Numbered from the whole stretch's first letter, positions 35,686 to 50,577 are shown. The stretch is DNA of 62,958 nt, filler included, from Porpidia crustulata (GCA_964255105.1; 11 parts of 11 records of this genome joined end to end with filler, not necessarily neighbours in it); one strand, 5' to 3'. Made by a program: numbers and translations. The notes: generated from the sequence alone by a model not told the origin.

Positions 35686-37224
35686 GTGTTCTGGGATACG
35701 GTCTGAAAGGATTTGCCTGCTGCAGGGTGGTGATCTCCGGGAGCCCAGGGTGCATTAAAGGAACCGACTAGATAATGGAGATCTCATGTCCGCCATATAT
35801 AGGAGACTCCCACAATCGGTGCTTTGCTGGCAAATCGGACAACTGCCACGAAAACCATCTCTGTGAAGCACGTCAATAGTCTTCCTGTTGTTTGCAGGCG
35901 TCCTAGTATTAATATCTTGTGTCAAAGTTTGTTTGAAATATCGGATATGATTTCGTTACACCTTTGAGAAAGCTGATGCTAGCTGTCAGGAATTGGACAA
36001 TCTCTTCGTGGGCCTTCGTTTGGGCTGCAAGACCATTTCCGTAGCATCATGCATTACGGCAGTCTCGTATAGCTGAAGTGTTAGGCAGGTTGGAGGTCTG
36101 CAAATGTCCCCCAGACAAGTCCAGAGCCACTGCTTTTCCGATCGAACTCTGTGGCCCTCTAAGTACATCCCAATTCACACCTACCCAAAGTAATTCAGTT
36201 CGACGCTGGAGGATAGACAAGCATTCATGAAGCAAACTTGTGTTCGGGTCCTGACCGTTGCCCAGCGAGGACCTTCTCGCCACCCATGTAGTGGTACAAT
36301 GCTGACCACGGCTTGGAAGTCCGAGCAAATTATTATGACTGACCCATGCGGCGTCACTTGAAATGTAAGGCTACCTCGACAAGTCGAAATGAAGAAATGT
36401 TTGTAGGTGCATCTCGACCATCATTGCCAAATGCATTTCTTCTTCTGGGACCATTCCGTCGATGTCTTGGGGCTCATGGGCATGCAATCATAGGCTATAG
36501 TCCTAGTGTTACTGTTCGTCACTGAGACTACTACTCCAAGACCGACAATGGACCACACAGATCAAGTGCGCACACATGCCTGCGAGGCCTGTTGATGGTT
36601 GTACTAGGATAGATAGAAGGTGAAAGGTGGTTGGTGTCCTCATTGAGTCATGTCACTCCTTACGTTGTTAGCGCAAGCTTCTCAAAGTTACTGACTGGTG
36701 CGGTCTTCGCTCGAATAGACTACATTCCCTCCAAATCTTTCCTTAGGGTTGGCGGTGGTCAATACCTGGATGGAGTCAACATGTTGATATGAATGAAGGG
36801 TGGAAAAATGCGATGGTATCATTGGCGGACGTGTCATGAATACAGCTGCCCAAAGCAGTGCCACAGCTCGGACACCTATTTATTTCTTACGAAAATTCAG
36901 CGATCAGAGCTCCAATGAATAGACACAAATGCTGTTTGCTGTAATCCAAAGTTGAACTGGTCGTGCGCTGCCGGGAACGAAGTCAATGAATTCATATTCC
37001 CTGGCGCTGCCACAGATTGGAGGAGTGGCCTGGGAGGAAAGAGCTGCCTTAATTCACGACAACATAATGGTGATGGCAGACTCAAACGGAGAACTCAATA
37101 TTACAGCAATTAGAGACTGATACCTCCCGCCGGTGAACAACTTGTTTGGATTCAGCCCAAGTATCACGCACATAAACACAGCTAGTAATCAAATTGAAAT
37201 TCGGTGTTCCAAGCAAATCAGAAG

Positions 37225-38135
37225 TTAGTAGTCGCGTCTTGGGTAGTCTTCAGTCCTGCCTGCGGCGCTTCGCCCATCACCGTAATGCTAAAACATTGGT
37301 CAGCGTAATCGCAAAAATCCACCCCCTCGCACACGCACCTTCTTCCTCAATGCATCCAATCTCTTCTTCTTAGTATGTGCGTTGATGTAGGTGCCGATCA
37401 CAAAAGCGATGATGTTGAAGAACGGGACCCACGTCTGCTCAGGCAGGAATTTTTGGGCGAAGGCCAGCGCCAGTGGCGATGTAATCCAGCTGACCTTCAT
37501 GACGGGCATGAAACCCGCCTTAACCGTTGCTCGGACCTGGTGGAAGGTCCTTGCGCCAGCAATGATGGCCATCGACGTGAGATACACGGTATTCTGGATT
37601 GGTGATACCTGGACAATGCCCAACATTAGCAAGCGATTCTGGTGTGGCAACTGCTAAGTGGCCAAGATACGCACAATCAAGTTGCTAACGAGGATCTGTA
37701 GAATCTTCGCTTTCAAACTCGTTCTTCCTGCGAACAGCTTCTGCAGAATGGTAATCAACACGTGTCCCAATGGCGCGCTGATAAAGGCACCGTAAACGGC
37801 CATCTTAGGAACTCGAGTGCTGATGTAGTGGCCATGTTTGCTCTTGTCCTTTGCGATCCACGATGCCAGGACTTCTTGCGTGGCTGCCAAAGATCCGGAT
37901 GTAAGCATTTTTGTGCGCAAGGGGTTGGTTTGAAGCTGCTGAAGATACATCTGTCGCGATTCATCTGTAAGCTCTACGCTCCACGAGTCGATCATGGTCT
38001 TCCACCCACTGCAAGATATCCGGTCTGACTTTCACCTCCGGTAAGTTTTTCTCCAATTTCGTGCGCAAGCTCATGTTTTCGTCCGCCAGGAATCGGCGTG
38101 TCCCTGATGGTCTCTTTCTCGAACTTGACCGACAT
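37225..38135 (-). CDS. Mpv17/PMP22-family peroxisomal membrane protein, 3 introns
   Basis: MSVKFEKETIR.../YLQQLQTNPLRTKMLTSG...KMAVYGAFISAPLGH.../SPIQNTVYL...SPLALAFAQKFLPEQTWVPFFNIIAFVIGTYIN. Confidence 0.92.
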
Positions 38136-39138
38136 GATGAGTTGGGGCTTGCTCACAGGTTCGCTGGCGAGCAGCTATGGCTAATCCAAAGAACCTAGCT
38201 ATGGTTGACTCAGCTGTGCGATTCAGGCTGAAGTTCCTTGAGCTATCATGGAAATGCAGGCAGTTATGCGCGACGACGTGTTTGTTGTTCGGTGATTCGG
38301 CGCTCAGGATGGGCGGGGAAACCGGGATAGAATTAATAATTGAGGCGCTGAATTTATCTAGCTCGAGACTCATTGATATCACGCCTAACATCGACACTTA
38401 AAACTGCGAGAGCATTCAATTCAATTGAATGAACAAAGGCTGTCGCTCACATTAAATGATAAAATGTGCCGTTGATTCAAAGCCCAGAGTTGAGAAGTTG
38501 AACAATGTGTTTTCGCAATGATCTGATTAGGGAGCGGACACTGTAATCTGATTGGACATAACTAATAACAACAGCAGTTTATTCATTTCTCGTGGTATGA
38601 TGTGTATTGAAGGAAGCCTGTCCTTGCCTCATCTTTTCTATGTTTAACATCCGTCGGTCAGCTAATTGCTTCCGCTAATTGCTTCCGCTATTCAACTTGT
38701 GCACCTAAAAGATTCGTAGCATAGCATTTCTTCTAGCTGTCTACCAACCGTGCCAGTCTATGGCACTTCAAGAAGATCAAAGGGAAACAATCCCATCCCA
38801 GACCCACAATCAAACCCAACCCCAAAAAATTCAGTTTCCAATAAAGACTGATAAAGTGGACAATATCCATAATGAAAGCGGCGCGATTGCGATGACTCAA
38901 GTCTGCCAGAAGAGGAGATGCGAACAGCTCGTTTCTACTGCAGTGAATGGATGACAGAAAGGTTCAAAAGTATCGAGGGCATCACGATAGCCTTTTCCTC
39001 AAAGCATCGAAGACTCCAAAGCACACTTTCAAGACCGACCCAGTATATCCATATACGTGCTGCCCAAAGGGGAGCGTTGAGGCTCCCGAATACTACATCT
39101 ATAGCCGAAGGTATCTTTCAACATCCACAATCACAAGC

Positions 39139-39796
39139 TCAATGCTCGGTAAACTTCACGTACTCCTCCCCGCTCATCAACTTCTCCACTTCCCCCTTAT
39201 CGGTCACCTCTATCCTCGCCAACCACCCCTCCGCTTCAGGTCCCTTATTGATCGTGCCCGGCTTTTCTTCCAATACACTATTTGCCCCTATGATCTTCCC
39301 CGACACAGGCGTCATGATATCGGAAGCCGACTTGACCGATTCCACCGCTCCGATTGAGTCGCCCGCGGCGACCTCGAGTTCAAGGGTGGGGAGCTCGACG
39401 TAGACAACATCTCCGAGGGATTTGGCGGCATAGTTAGATATGCCAATTGTGCCTGGGGAGCAATGGCGGTAAGCTGAGAGCTATGGCGTTCGCCATGGGT
39501 TACGGGAGGGTTTACCAGTTTTGCTGTCGTCAGATAGTTCGATCCATTCGTGATCCTGCGTGTATTTCTTTTCTTGTACTGAGTTATCCATTAGTCTCAG
39601 ATAAGTATTCAACGTAGAAAGAATGTCACCGACAAGCGGTCGCAACAGTAAAGTGTCTTGTACTCAGGATCGGTATCGCTACCCTAGACTTGTGGAGCTG
39701 CCATTTCGCAGGAAGCCGTAGCTGGACACATGGCAGAGCCGGAGAAGAAGTCACTGACGACCTCAGAGGTATTCGTATCCTTGCTATTGCTGCCAT
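39139..39796 (-). CDS. GCV3: Glycine cleavage system H protein (mitochondrial), 2 introns
   Basis: Mitochondrial presequence MAAIARIR..., then KKYTQDHEWI, GISNYAAKSLGDVVYVELP and the lipoyl motif VESVKSASDI. Confidence 0.95.
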
Positions 39797-39970
39797 AGTG
39801 GTGCAATGGAAGGAAGGTCGAAGTGGGGAATCAAGCTCGACCGTTGAGCTTTCTGGCATAGGGCTGACGGACATGCGGGATATTTCCGCTTACTGGGGCA
39901 TAATTTCTTCGTACTCGCAAATATAGTCTAAGCTATCGACATCCAGTGATGAAGATCCGACTCAGCTAAA

Positions 39971-40071
39971 ATGCTGTACGAGATGATAGCCGTGGTATAC
40001 AATCCTCTGAACGCTACTATCGTCGCCGCGCTCACATCAAAGCAGGTCCGGCCAGGATCCATCTCCGAGGT
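39971..40071 (+). CDS. MRP17: Mitochondrial ribosomal protein S6 (5' fragment), divergent from GCV3
   Basis: MLYEMIAV/intron/VRPGSISE matches the fungal bS6m N-terminus; truncated by the contig end. Confidence 0.75.
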
Positions 40072-41411
40072 NNNNNNNNNNNNNNNNNNNNNNNNNNNNN
40101 NNNNNNNNNNNNNNNTTAATTAATTAANNNNNNNNNNNNNNNNNNNNNNNNNNNNNNNNNNNNNNNNNNNNGTGACGAGGACGTGAAGAGCCAGCTTCTG
40201 TAGGAGAGGACGCAAAGGGCGAGAAGGTTTTCAACGCAGTCCGCGAGACGTCATGACTCTCTGACTTCCTCTTCCTGACTGATTTTTCTGTGGTAGTATA
40301 GATCGCGTAGAGCTTGATTGAAGGCATGATAGATATAGCTAGTATGTGGCACTGTCGGAGAAAGATCGGCAGATTACCGGAAGATCGAGAAAATTGGTTC
40401 GATGCTTGAGTCTCTGGTGAAGATCAATGGACCATATCCAAGTACCAAGGGCTAGTGGCGGTCCGGATAAGATACATCTGGTGTGGCTCAGAAAATCTAG
40501 AATGGCGATTTCCAAGGCCGCGTTACGGCGGCATGGCAAAGACCGTGGTAGATCGGAGGCTCTGGACAGACACAAGGGACCGTAATTGGGAGGTCGTCGG
40601 ACAAAACTTCTAGCGATGAGATCAAACGATCGTATTCAGTGCACTCCGCAGGGTGATTCTCCCACGAGCAGATTTTCGTATTGATACTGGATTCCTTTTC
40701 AATCCAGACGGGAGTAGATCCCCACAACTGGTTTGACGGTGATCATAATCGTATTGAGGATAGTGGTGTCTCCCCAGACTGCAATTGTCGAGCTTCGAGC
40801 TATAATTCAAGAGGTTTCTTCATTCGCACGCCTGAGGGGATATCCACGATGCCACCACGGTCAGCGGAAAAGCCATCAAAGACCCAGACGGGTGCAACTC
40901 CACGCATTCGATCCGGACCGAGGTCTTCTTTGTGTATCCGCCCAATAAGGTCGAAACCCAGTCGGAAACCCAGTTAGAATCTCAGCCGGAAGGTCATGCC
41001 ACGAACTCGGGAGGAAGTGCCACGGGGGAGGAAGGCCATGATCCGGGCGCTGGAGCCCATGCTACTGGCCATGCCGCCAGTAATACACGCTCCTGCGCGC
41101 TCTAGACAATCATAAAGTAAGCCGCTGACCGTTCCTCTCAGTCGTAATACAGGATTTCGCGCTGGGGATAGCGATTTTATTCCAAGGCACATCAATTTTT
41201 GTACGCAAAATAAAAACTTATAGCAAATCCTAGTGTTGCTTGCTACCAAATGTTTCATCTGTTTTGATCGTGTTCACCTAATCTTGCCTGTCTTCATGAG
41301 CATTCTTTTTCCCGACGAGAAGCATTCGATTCTGAGTACAAGGATCTCTTATTTCTCCTATCCTAGAGGACAGGCAAACCGTTCAATATCAAGCCTCCCT
41401 TTACCCTTTAA

Positions 41412-43486
41412 TCATTCAATTACGACCGTCGTCCTAGAGCATTTCTCAAACAAATAGTTGTGCCGCACCTTATCAATCTCTTTGAAATGTCCCAGACGCC
41501 GATATCTCCCATTGGGAGTACTAATGAGTATCAGCCCCACGGACCAAAATGCGTCAGATCCCTGCCACATGTTGAGTAAATTTGTTTCATTAAGAGTGCT
41601 ACCAGCCTCGTAACTGTGCCGGACAATTTCCAGAAGGCGGATTGTCTGACCTTTCAACGCTGCCGACCATTCTTCAAAGTCGTCAGGCGTGATGGCCAAG
41701 CGGGCTGAACCGACATTGAGCTCAGTCTGTCTAATGTACGAAGGTTTACAGATGCAGTCTCTGATATAGCCACTAACTTGAAGGAGACCTCCAGTCACCT
41801 GCCCGAAGGGGAGTATCGGATTTTTTAAAGTGACTTTGCATTCTGAAATCTGCACGGTAATGTCGATCTTATGGTAGCTTTCCTCGTAGCCTCGATCAAA
41901 GGTGTCACCATCTTCTGAAAGCAAGGGCCCCTCGACTGATGCCCATGACCAGGTTGGGGCTTCATGTGTTACAGCTCGCCGGAGCGGTGTCAATTCCCTT
42001 CGGAACAGAGTCTTTTGAAACGCGTTGACTCCGTGCCATAGTAGACCTTGAGGGATGTACTCACGCCAGAGCCCTGCAACGTACTCGCTCTGCAGACGCT
42101 CTTGAAATCGTATTGCCAAGCCGCCTAATGCGGGAAGCTTGTCTTGCCTTTCAGTGAGTTGCCTCTGAGTGTAATGGCGAAGGATCTTGTCCCAAGCCCT
42201 TAATAAATCGGCGCGATTGTCGTGGTTACTGCCATATTCATGATCCAATATTGTAGCAAGGGTCATAGAAAAGGTAACCTTAGCTGCCTTCTTTCTTGGA
42301 TCAGGTACGTCTGAAATCTTCTTTTCTCGGCACGACTTTTTAAGGCCCAAAGACGTGTAGTCTAAGAGCCTTCTAGACAAGTATCGCTCTTGTAGCGCCC
42401 ACGCTCTTCGATCCAACGGGTCTATGTGATACCACGGATCTTCCCCAATGAAAGCGTGGCCGGTGGAGCCATCTGGATACAGCAATGGGAGCCGATGGCT
42501 TGAAGTATCATAGTACTCATGGTTTAAGAACCCACTGTACACGGAGAGTGCATTTGTCGCAGATATGGTTACAAAAGTATTTTGATAAATCTTGTCCATT
42601 CTTGAGATTTCCTTCGTCTTGTCGTCGTGAGAGTCTTGGATAATACAAAGAGAGTCGACCCATAGACATCGAATACTCAGCTGAAGTGCCACGCTGGCGG
42701 CATCTTGAATGGTTTGGGGTAGATCTGATATAGGAAAGGGTTGACTCCGCGTTTCAAACGAGGACTTTGTGGTAAGGAATCCAAGATCACCTCCCCAAGG
42801 ATAGCTTAGTGCAACGTAATGAGCTTTCTGGCCGTCAGTAGGGTGAAGCCTGACGGTTTTGCCATCTCTCGATAGTCTCAAAATTCTGGTTGGCATTGGC
42901 ATGGGTGTTGCATTCGCGCATTTCTTATGGGACTTTGCACATTCGGCTACCCAAAATTTCACCTCTGCCATCGTTTCGGCGCTAGCATAGTTTGTCTTGA
43001 CAACTTTCTGGGGCACGTATTTCGCACCTGCGTCATCTAAATCTTAATAGTCAGTCAACGACACTGAATCGATATAGGGAATGATACGTCCACACCAGAC
43101 GTGGTTTATATATCATATCCAACATCACTCCACTCCGACTGTTGCTTAGGGACGTAAAGACGAGCTAGCTCAAATGGGGGCACTTGATCAAACCTAAACC
43201 AGATCTCTCTTCTGTGCCCCTTGTCCCAGTCCTTCCTTCTCCATCCCTCGACAGGATACAGCAGCTCCCCACTCGGCTCCAAATCATGAAGCATCTGATT
43301 TTGAAGCAAATGACATAAAGGGCAAGAGACTTTGAGTCCCGCCTCGAGACGAGCTCGGCTGGTCGTGAATGTAACTCGATGACCCTCCATATGATCGTCC
43401 CTAGCGTTGATATCCCTTGTCCAAAGCCTATCCATCGCTTTACGATTAAAGACCTGATCTCTGCAGAGATCGCAAACGCCCTCCAT
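41412..43486 (-). CDS. HET (heterokaryon incompatibility) domain protein, one intron near 43040-43105
   Basis: PTRILRL...YVALSYPWGG...PQTIQDAASVALQLSIRCLWVDSLCIIQDS...EISRMDKIYQN...RRAWALQERYLSRR...DKLPALGGLA...APTWSWAS. Confidence 0.92.
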
Positions 43487-44040
43487 AGGCCATACATTTG
43501 TCTAATGCTTGTGAAGAAGCCGAGCGATGGATCGATGGACCAATGGATTCAGAGAGGTCGTTTACTACCAAAAAGGTGGTATCTCACTCCCCACAGTTTC
43601 ATTCCTACCCTGATGTTTAGGAGACGTTAGGCCTCGCCAATGGGTTTAGCGCATAGTCTCGGTCAAAGCAGCAGCTGTGGCAGTGTCGTCATATTTTATA
43701 ACTATTTGTGATTTGGTGGTTGTTGGCTGTTTTACCTGTCTTTCAAGTTGGTGCCAGTCGCACCAATCGCATATCAATTTTTATTTTTATTCTTGTTGAA
43801 ACAGAGCAGGCGATGCAAATGCGGCACGAACCCTGCCTGCTTTCATGCTGGCCAAGTCTAATGCGCCCTGCCACCTACTGATGCCTAGATCTGCCCTATC
43901 CGACCATCATCTACCAATGTGTTCTTTTCTTCAACCTTTGTCTCTCTGTCTCAGCTTTAAATCATAGCAAGCCGTGTATTCTTCACATTTCTCATTATTC
44001 GATATCGTACAATCGAAAAAAGTCGCGTTTATATTAATCT

Positions 44041-45797
44041 ATGATGTCTGAACCTGAAGCCTTTACCCTCGTAACCCGTTCTAGCCACCAAAAGCTATAT
44101 GATGACTATGAGGAACTCTATTCGAGTCATGCTTATGAGCCAATAACTTTTCTTTCCGCTGCTCTTCGCCGTCAGTATCCAGAACTATGCCTTACAATCA
44201 CCAATGCCTACTCCCCAGCGCTGCTTCAATTCGCCGCTGCTGGACATGCTGTCGCAGAGCTCGACACAACGACTGATTCGATCCAGCGATTCCGTGGTTA
44301 CTACCCGGGCGATCCCCGTCGTGGCCTTCCCGAACAGCTCGCTGAGGGCAGATTATTCGCCAAGTACCACTATCGATGGGGTAATGAGGATTTCATCGTA
44401 TATATCATCCAGACCGGGATGGCATATATGAATTACATACTCAAGGAGCCTAGCGAAGCTGAGACTGTTATGTCGAATAACAGCTGGACTAGTGCCTTGA
44501 TGATGGCTGTGGGTAGATGGCAATTTCCCAAGGACGACGAGTACGTGTACGTGTACGATGGGTACTGGCAGGCGAGCAAGGAATTGTGGAAGCAGGTCCA
44601 GAAGGCTGAATGGAAGGATGTGATTCTTAACGAGGAGATGAAGACGACGTTGGTGGATCTTATGAAGAAATTCTTTGAAAGTGAATTTTCCTACTCTCTC
44701 TCAAAAGATATATGTGGTATGCTTATCCCAAACAGGTGAAGACGTTTACAAAGACCTTGGGGTTCCATGGAAGGTTTGTGATGCCGTTTCATCGATTCGT
44801 TCTATGGACACTCGAGTATAGCAAAAACACCAACTAATACTAACCCTTTCTTGGTAGCGAGGTGTGATATTCCATGGCCCTGCTGGTAAGTACTTCGGCT
44901 TACACGTAACAATGAGACCAGTTGCTGATACCAATCAGGAAACGGGAAAACGATATCGATCAAAGGTAGATTTTTGCACTCTTGGTATTTTAGCGGAAGT
45001 ACTAACCGTTGCACAAAGCCCTAATGCACTCCCTCTCCAAAATCCAATCCCGATCCATTTCCACCCTCTACGTCAAATCCGCTCCTCGAACCTGGGACAT
45101 CCGCTCCATCTTCGTCCAAGCCCGCTACATGGCCCCCTGCATGCTCATCCTCGAAGACATCGACACCATCGTCACGCCCGGCAGCCGGTCCTACTTCTTC
45201 AACGAAGTCGACGGCCTCGAGAACAACGACGGCATCTTCATGGTCGCCAGCACCAACCACCTCGACCAGCTCGACCCGGGCCTCTCCAGCCGCCCCTCGC
45301 GCTTCGACCGCAAATACCTCTTCCCCCTGCCTTCCGCCGACGAGCGCATCCTCTACTGCGACTACTGGCGCCAGAAACTCCAAGGCAAACCCCGCATCAA
45401 TTTCCCCAGGAAGCTGTGCCCCGCCATCGCCGGCATCACGCAGGATTTTAGTTTTGCGTATCTCAAGGAAGCTTTCGTCGCCACGCTGCTCGCTATCGCG
45501 GGTCACCGCTCCGAAGAGAGCGCGTCGCCTGACCTCGGTGGCGGCGACGAGGATCAACCCGGCGATCTCGACGACTACGAGCTCTGGCGCGAAATCAGAA
45601 AGCAAGTGCTCTCCCTCCGCAAGGACATGGACGACGGTCACGCCGCCGCTGCCGCCACGGACAAAGCGTCATCGTTCCCGATGGACTTGCCGCTTCAGGG
45701 CCCGCCGCCGAAACCTGTTTCCCGCGCGGAGATGATCAGGCAGGCGAACGGCGATAGTGGTGGTGTTGCGGATATTGTGCCGGCGGCGGGGCGGAAG
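44041..45797 (+). CDS. AAA+ ATPase, multi-exon, 3'-truncated
   Basis: Walker A split over exons (GVIFHGPA/GNGKTISIK), Walker B (LILEDID), FFNEVDG, and the second region of homology STNHLDQLDPGLSSRPSRFDRKY. Confidence 0.9.
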
Positions 45798-46210
45798 NNN
45801 NNNNNNNNNNNNNNNNNNNNNNNNNNNNNNNNNNNNNNNNNTTAATTAATTAANNNNNNNNNNNNNNNNNNNNNNNNNNNNNNNNNNNNNNNNNNNNAAT
45901 AGCTTGAAATTATGAAAATTCGTTGATATTTCGTACTTGGATTGTATTTCGGTGGGCGCTGTCTCGTTTTAGGGTAGACTACGTTATCTCAGCATGCTTA
46001 GGTAATAGTAATCCCTGCATAAATTTCAAATGCTCCTTTGCCATCTCCATCATCACATAATAAATTTCGACCAGAGAGCTACGGGCCTACGACGAGAGCC
46101 CCACGGTTGAGGCGATGAATCTTCCCTCCCGGTTCAACTGATTGCCCTCCGACTGTATCAAGTTCTCGCTCCCGACTGTAAAGTTTGCCGCTCTTTTTCT
46201 CACGCATACT

Positions 46211-49200
46211 ATGTTGGTACGATCTGCGAGGCGCAGATTGCAAGAGACGCAGTATAGGCATTTACAACCATGCTTCGATGATCTATGCCTGCCATGGCTT
46301 TGTCCCGCCATGTACCAAGATGGCCGTCCGACGCGAAAAGGCGTAAGGGAGACCTCAAGCATCGCCTCTGCCTACTCCGCAAGCGTAGGGCACTCTCGCT
46401 CTAGGCTTCCCACTTCATCGACGAGGGAGAAACGCTCGAGCCAACGGGGTCTTGCTTCCGCCGCAGCTGTTGATTATCGGCTCGCTCAAGACGACTTCGT
46501 TCCTTTTGAAGGTTCGCAAAATGCCTTTCAACAAAAACCGAATATACACAGTGCTCTCACCAGACCCGAAGGCATCTCAACGCTGCGCGAATTTGATCCT
46601 TCTTCAACCATTGTCATCAGAGACTCCCCTTCAACAATCCCTAGGAGGTTTCGTACTGTTAATGCCATCAGTGGGGAAATCGCCGAAATACAGCAGACCC
46701 TTCATGCATGCCTGCAGGTAGGCCGTTTTGAACGAGCGGCCGTCCTGATGCGAAGGCTGAACAAAATTCACAAAAGCGACGCGCCAGAGCTATTAGCATG
46801 TCACAACAATTATCTAAGAGAACTGAGCCTAGCGATTATGCGTACTAGAGACGAACAACTGTTGAAAAGTATCCACAAATGGTTTGAGGTCGACCTACGG
46901 GGCGTTGGGGTGACTCCTGACCCAATAACCTATTTCTGCATGATTCAAGCTAGTCTCAAGCAACGAGACTCGAAAAAAGCCGAACGAGCAATCCGAAGAT
47001 ACCTACAACTTGCAATGGAAGCCGGTTTACGAGACGAAGTGATGAAAGTCATGTTAGGACTGATGAATGAGCAGGACTTTGGCAGGATTACAAGCGTGAG
47101 CCAAATCCAAGAACAACATTGACAGTATCTGACCTATGTCTAGATCGCACCCATGATCGGGTATGGAGCTGATGCGAATTTGGGGGACGACGTGACAAAT
47201 TATGTTCCGACCCCAGAAACCTCGAGGTCTGAGCCTGCCACCACTATACCCGAAATCCGTGGCGTCAATCAGAAAGGCTTAGGTCTAAGTAGTTTAAAGA
47301 AGGCCTTGTCTATATTTACAGATCCTGCTCCAATGCCTTCCGATGGAATACTCAAAGGCTCGCCACAGGAGAGGGACAGAGCGTTTGCTTATCAACGACA
47401 AGAGCGCCTTGAAAATGATAATTACGACGCTGCTATAGAGCGTTGGCGTAGTGAGAACACCCAGCTGAAAAAGTTAGGCATCAACAATGCCCTGAGGCAA
47501 GAAGCCGTCGGTTCGATGATGTGGACATGGCAGGAAGCTCTGGTTCCGCTAGTCGTAGAGGAAATACGCAAATCAAATGAAGCAGAAAGTATGTCAACAC
47601 GAAGTCAAGATAACCAGTGGCGAGGGTTATACGGACCATATCTGCAATTTCTTCCCCCCGACAAAGTCTCTGCGATCACGATATTAACCTGCATGTCTGA
47701 AATGAGTAAGCAATTGAGAGGAGACGCAAGCCCTAGAGTCACACACGTCGTGACAGCGATTGGCCAAGCGATTCAAGACGAAAGCATTGCAGAGTCCATA
47801 CGAAATAACAACAAGCATAATTACTGGCAAGGTCTAACTAGACATGAACGTTCTGAAAGACTTACGAAGATGTTAAAAAAACGTCAGATACACGATTCCT
47901 TGACGAAGCTTATAGCAAACGCAGACGCAAAAGAGAATTTTGAATGGAGTCTCAAGGTGAAAACCAGGATCGGTGCCATCCTTTTGTCTCATCTGCTAGA
48001 AATTGCAAAAATTGAAGTCACTTGCAAAAACTCGGAGACGGGGTCTGAGATAAAAGAAATGCAGCCAGCCTTGTTTCATACTTACCGATACCTGGCAGGG
48101 AGATCCACTGGCATAATTCGTTTCAACCAAGCCATGATCAGCAAACTGGGCAAAGCGCCTGTTGCGAGTACCTTGGCCAAAAGTTTACCAATGGTGGTAG
48201 AGCCAAAGCCATGGACGGATTATAGGGTAGGCGGATTTCTTCAAAGTCCAATGGCCGTGGTACGTTTCAAACAAGAAGACCTATTCGCCCGCAAGTACGC
48301 CATTGCTGCGTCACGAAACGGTGATATGGCTCAGGTATTTGCTGGGCTTGATGTTTTAGCAAGGACGCCCTGGAAGATCAACCGGTCTGTTTTCGACATT
48401 ATGAGCGCGGCGTGGAATGCCGGAGAAGAAATAGCCAAGATTCCTCCAGAGAACCCCAAGGCTGAATATCCCCCAGAGCCGCCTCCGTCAGATGATACCC
48501 TTGTTCGTCAACGGTGGTTTAAGCAGATGAAAGAAATCGACAATTGGGAACGCGGTGTCAGAAGTGAAAGAAGCTTTCAAAATTTCCAACTTGAAGTGGC
48601 CAGGGCATTCCTGAATGAAGAATTCTATTTTCCTCACAACGTTGATTTCCGAGGCCGGGCCTATCCCATGTCGCCTTTCTTCAATCACATGGGGGCTGAC
48701 AACTGCCGCGGACTCCTTATGTTTGCCAGAGGTAAAGAGCTTGGTCCGAGTGGATTACGATGGTTGAAAATCCAGATTGCAAGCCTTTATGGGTATGACA
48801 AAGCAAGCTTTGGGGACCGCGAAAGATTTACCGACAACCACCTTACGGAAATATACGATTCTGCGAATAAAGCTCTGAACGGCAATAGGTGGTGGTTGAA
48901 AGCGGACGATCCGTGGCAGTGTCTTGCCGCATGCATTGAGCTCAGAGATGCGCTGCAATCGCCAGATCCCCAACGATACGTTTCGCACATCCCGATCCAT
49001 CAAGATGGGACTTGCAATGGACTTCAACATTATGCAGCCCTCGGAGGCGATGTTGCGGGAGCCAAGCAGGTCAACTTGGAGCCTGGCGACCACCCTTCGG
49101 ACGTCTACACTGCCGTTGCTGATATGGTCCAGGCAGAAATCTCCGAAGAAGCTGGGCAGGGAATTGAGATAGCGCGGCTCCTGGACGGGAAAGTGACCAG

Positions 49201-50577
49201 GAAGATCGTCAAGCAGCCAGTTATGACGAATGTTTATGGAGTCACATTCATTGGTGCCAAGGCGCAAGTTCGAAAGCAGATTGACGAAGCCTTGACAGAT
49301 TTCCCGGATACTGATTCGATCAACCGGGATGCAGCCTCCTCTTACATCACCAAAAAGATTTTCAAGTCACTCTCAACTATGTTTAGTGGCGCGCACGACC
49401 TACAACATTGGCTCGCCGACTGCGCCAACCGCATTTCGAATTCTCTCACACGCGAGCAACTCGACTGGATAGAGAGCGAATCGGAGCGCGATGCCGCGTC
49501 GTCGATATACAGCAGGAAACCTATAGGACAGAAGCTGAAAGTGCGGCAAGAAACATCATTCAGAACTCCCGTCATCTGGACCACGCCTTTGAAGATGCCT
49601 GTTGTCCAACCGTATCGCACTAGCGCTATGGACGAGGTGTTGACTAATCTTCAGAGGATCCAAATCACTGCTCCATCTGCAGCAGACCCAATAGATAGGA
49701 GAAAACAGCGGCAAGGATTTCCCCCCAACTTCATACACTCCCTCGATGCCACACATATGCTTCTCTCGGCCCTGAAGTCCAATGAACTTGCATTAACTTT
49801 CGCAGCAGTACACGACTCATTTTGGACGCACGCTGCTGACGTGCCGGTCATGAATCGGATCCTTCGGGATGCGTTTATCAGAATGCACTCTGAAGACATC
49901 ATTGGACGGCTTGCCGCCGAATTTGCGGCAAGATATAAGGGCTCGATGCGTCTTACATCCTTGAACGTGACCAGCGCGCTCGGAAAGAAGATCAAAGCTT
50001 TCCGCACCGCGTTTCGCAAATCAAAAGGATACAAAGGAAGGTGTGGAGAAGAACAGAAGCATGTGGAGTTGCTACAAGAGTCTCGTCGCTTGACTTTGTT
50101 GGCCTCCGACAACCCAAAGGAGCGAGAGGAAGGAGAGGCAATGGTGACCGCTGGCAAGATCTATGCCGAGAATATTTATGACCACGATCTGGCTACAGCT
50201 GAAGAACTGGAAGAAATCGGTATTGGTCATATCCCTGGAGATAGAAGCTCGGAGATTGAAACCAATAAACAGCTTGAATCCGAAGACTCCGATGACATCA
50301 AGTCTTCAGCGTGGCCACATTCTGATGTCACAGCCATAGAAGCGGCAGACGCAGCGGGGGATGATAGCGCGGACCTCAAGGAAGAGCCTCAGAAGAAGAA
50401 GAGGAAAGTGTATGTGACCAAAGTCTGGGTTTGGGTACCGCTGACCTTTCCGCCTGTTCCTAAGAAAGTACGTGATCGCCCTGATATTGTGATCAAATTC
50501 GTATGCGGATGCTAATGTTGAGACAGGGTGGATTCGATATCTCAAGGCTTCAAGAAAGCTTATATTTCTTCTCCTGA
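46211..50577 (+). CDS. RPO41: Mitochondrial (T7-like) DNA-directed RNA polymerase, 2 introns
   Basis: FPHNVDFRGRAYP, HQDGTCNGLQHYAALG, RKIVKQPVMTNVYGVT, FPPNFIHSLDATHM, AVHDSFWTHA and the C-terminus GGFDISRLQESLYFFS*. Confidence 0.97.

Noticed and set aside
38661..38690. 13-bp tandem duplication GCTAATTGCTTCC
   Set aside because: Simple local slippage duplication with no supporting context.
40172..41260. GC-rich stretch with several short ORFs
   Set aside because: No consistent frame, splice model or recognisable motif.
3253..50577. Apparent clustering of RNA polymerase genes (RPC19, RPC2, RPO41) and splicing factors (BUD31, YJU2) with the split tRNA
   Set aside because: They lie on different, unlinked contigs, so co-occurrence in the window carries no information.
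46211..50577. T7-like RNA polymerase as a phage or linear-plasmid gene
   Set aside because: It has spliceosomal introns, a long N-terminal extension and the YFFS C-terminus of nuclear-encoded mitochondrial RPO41.
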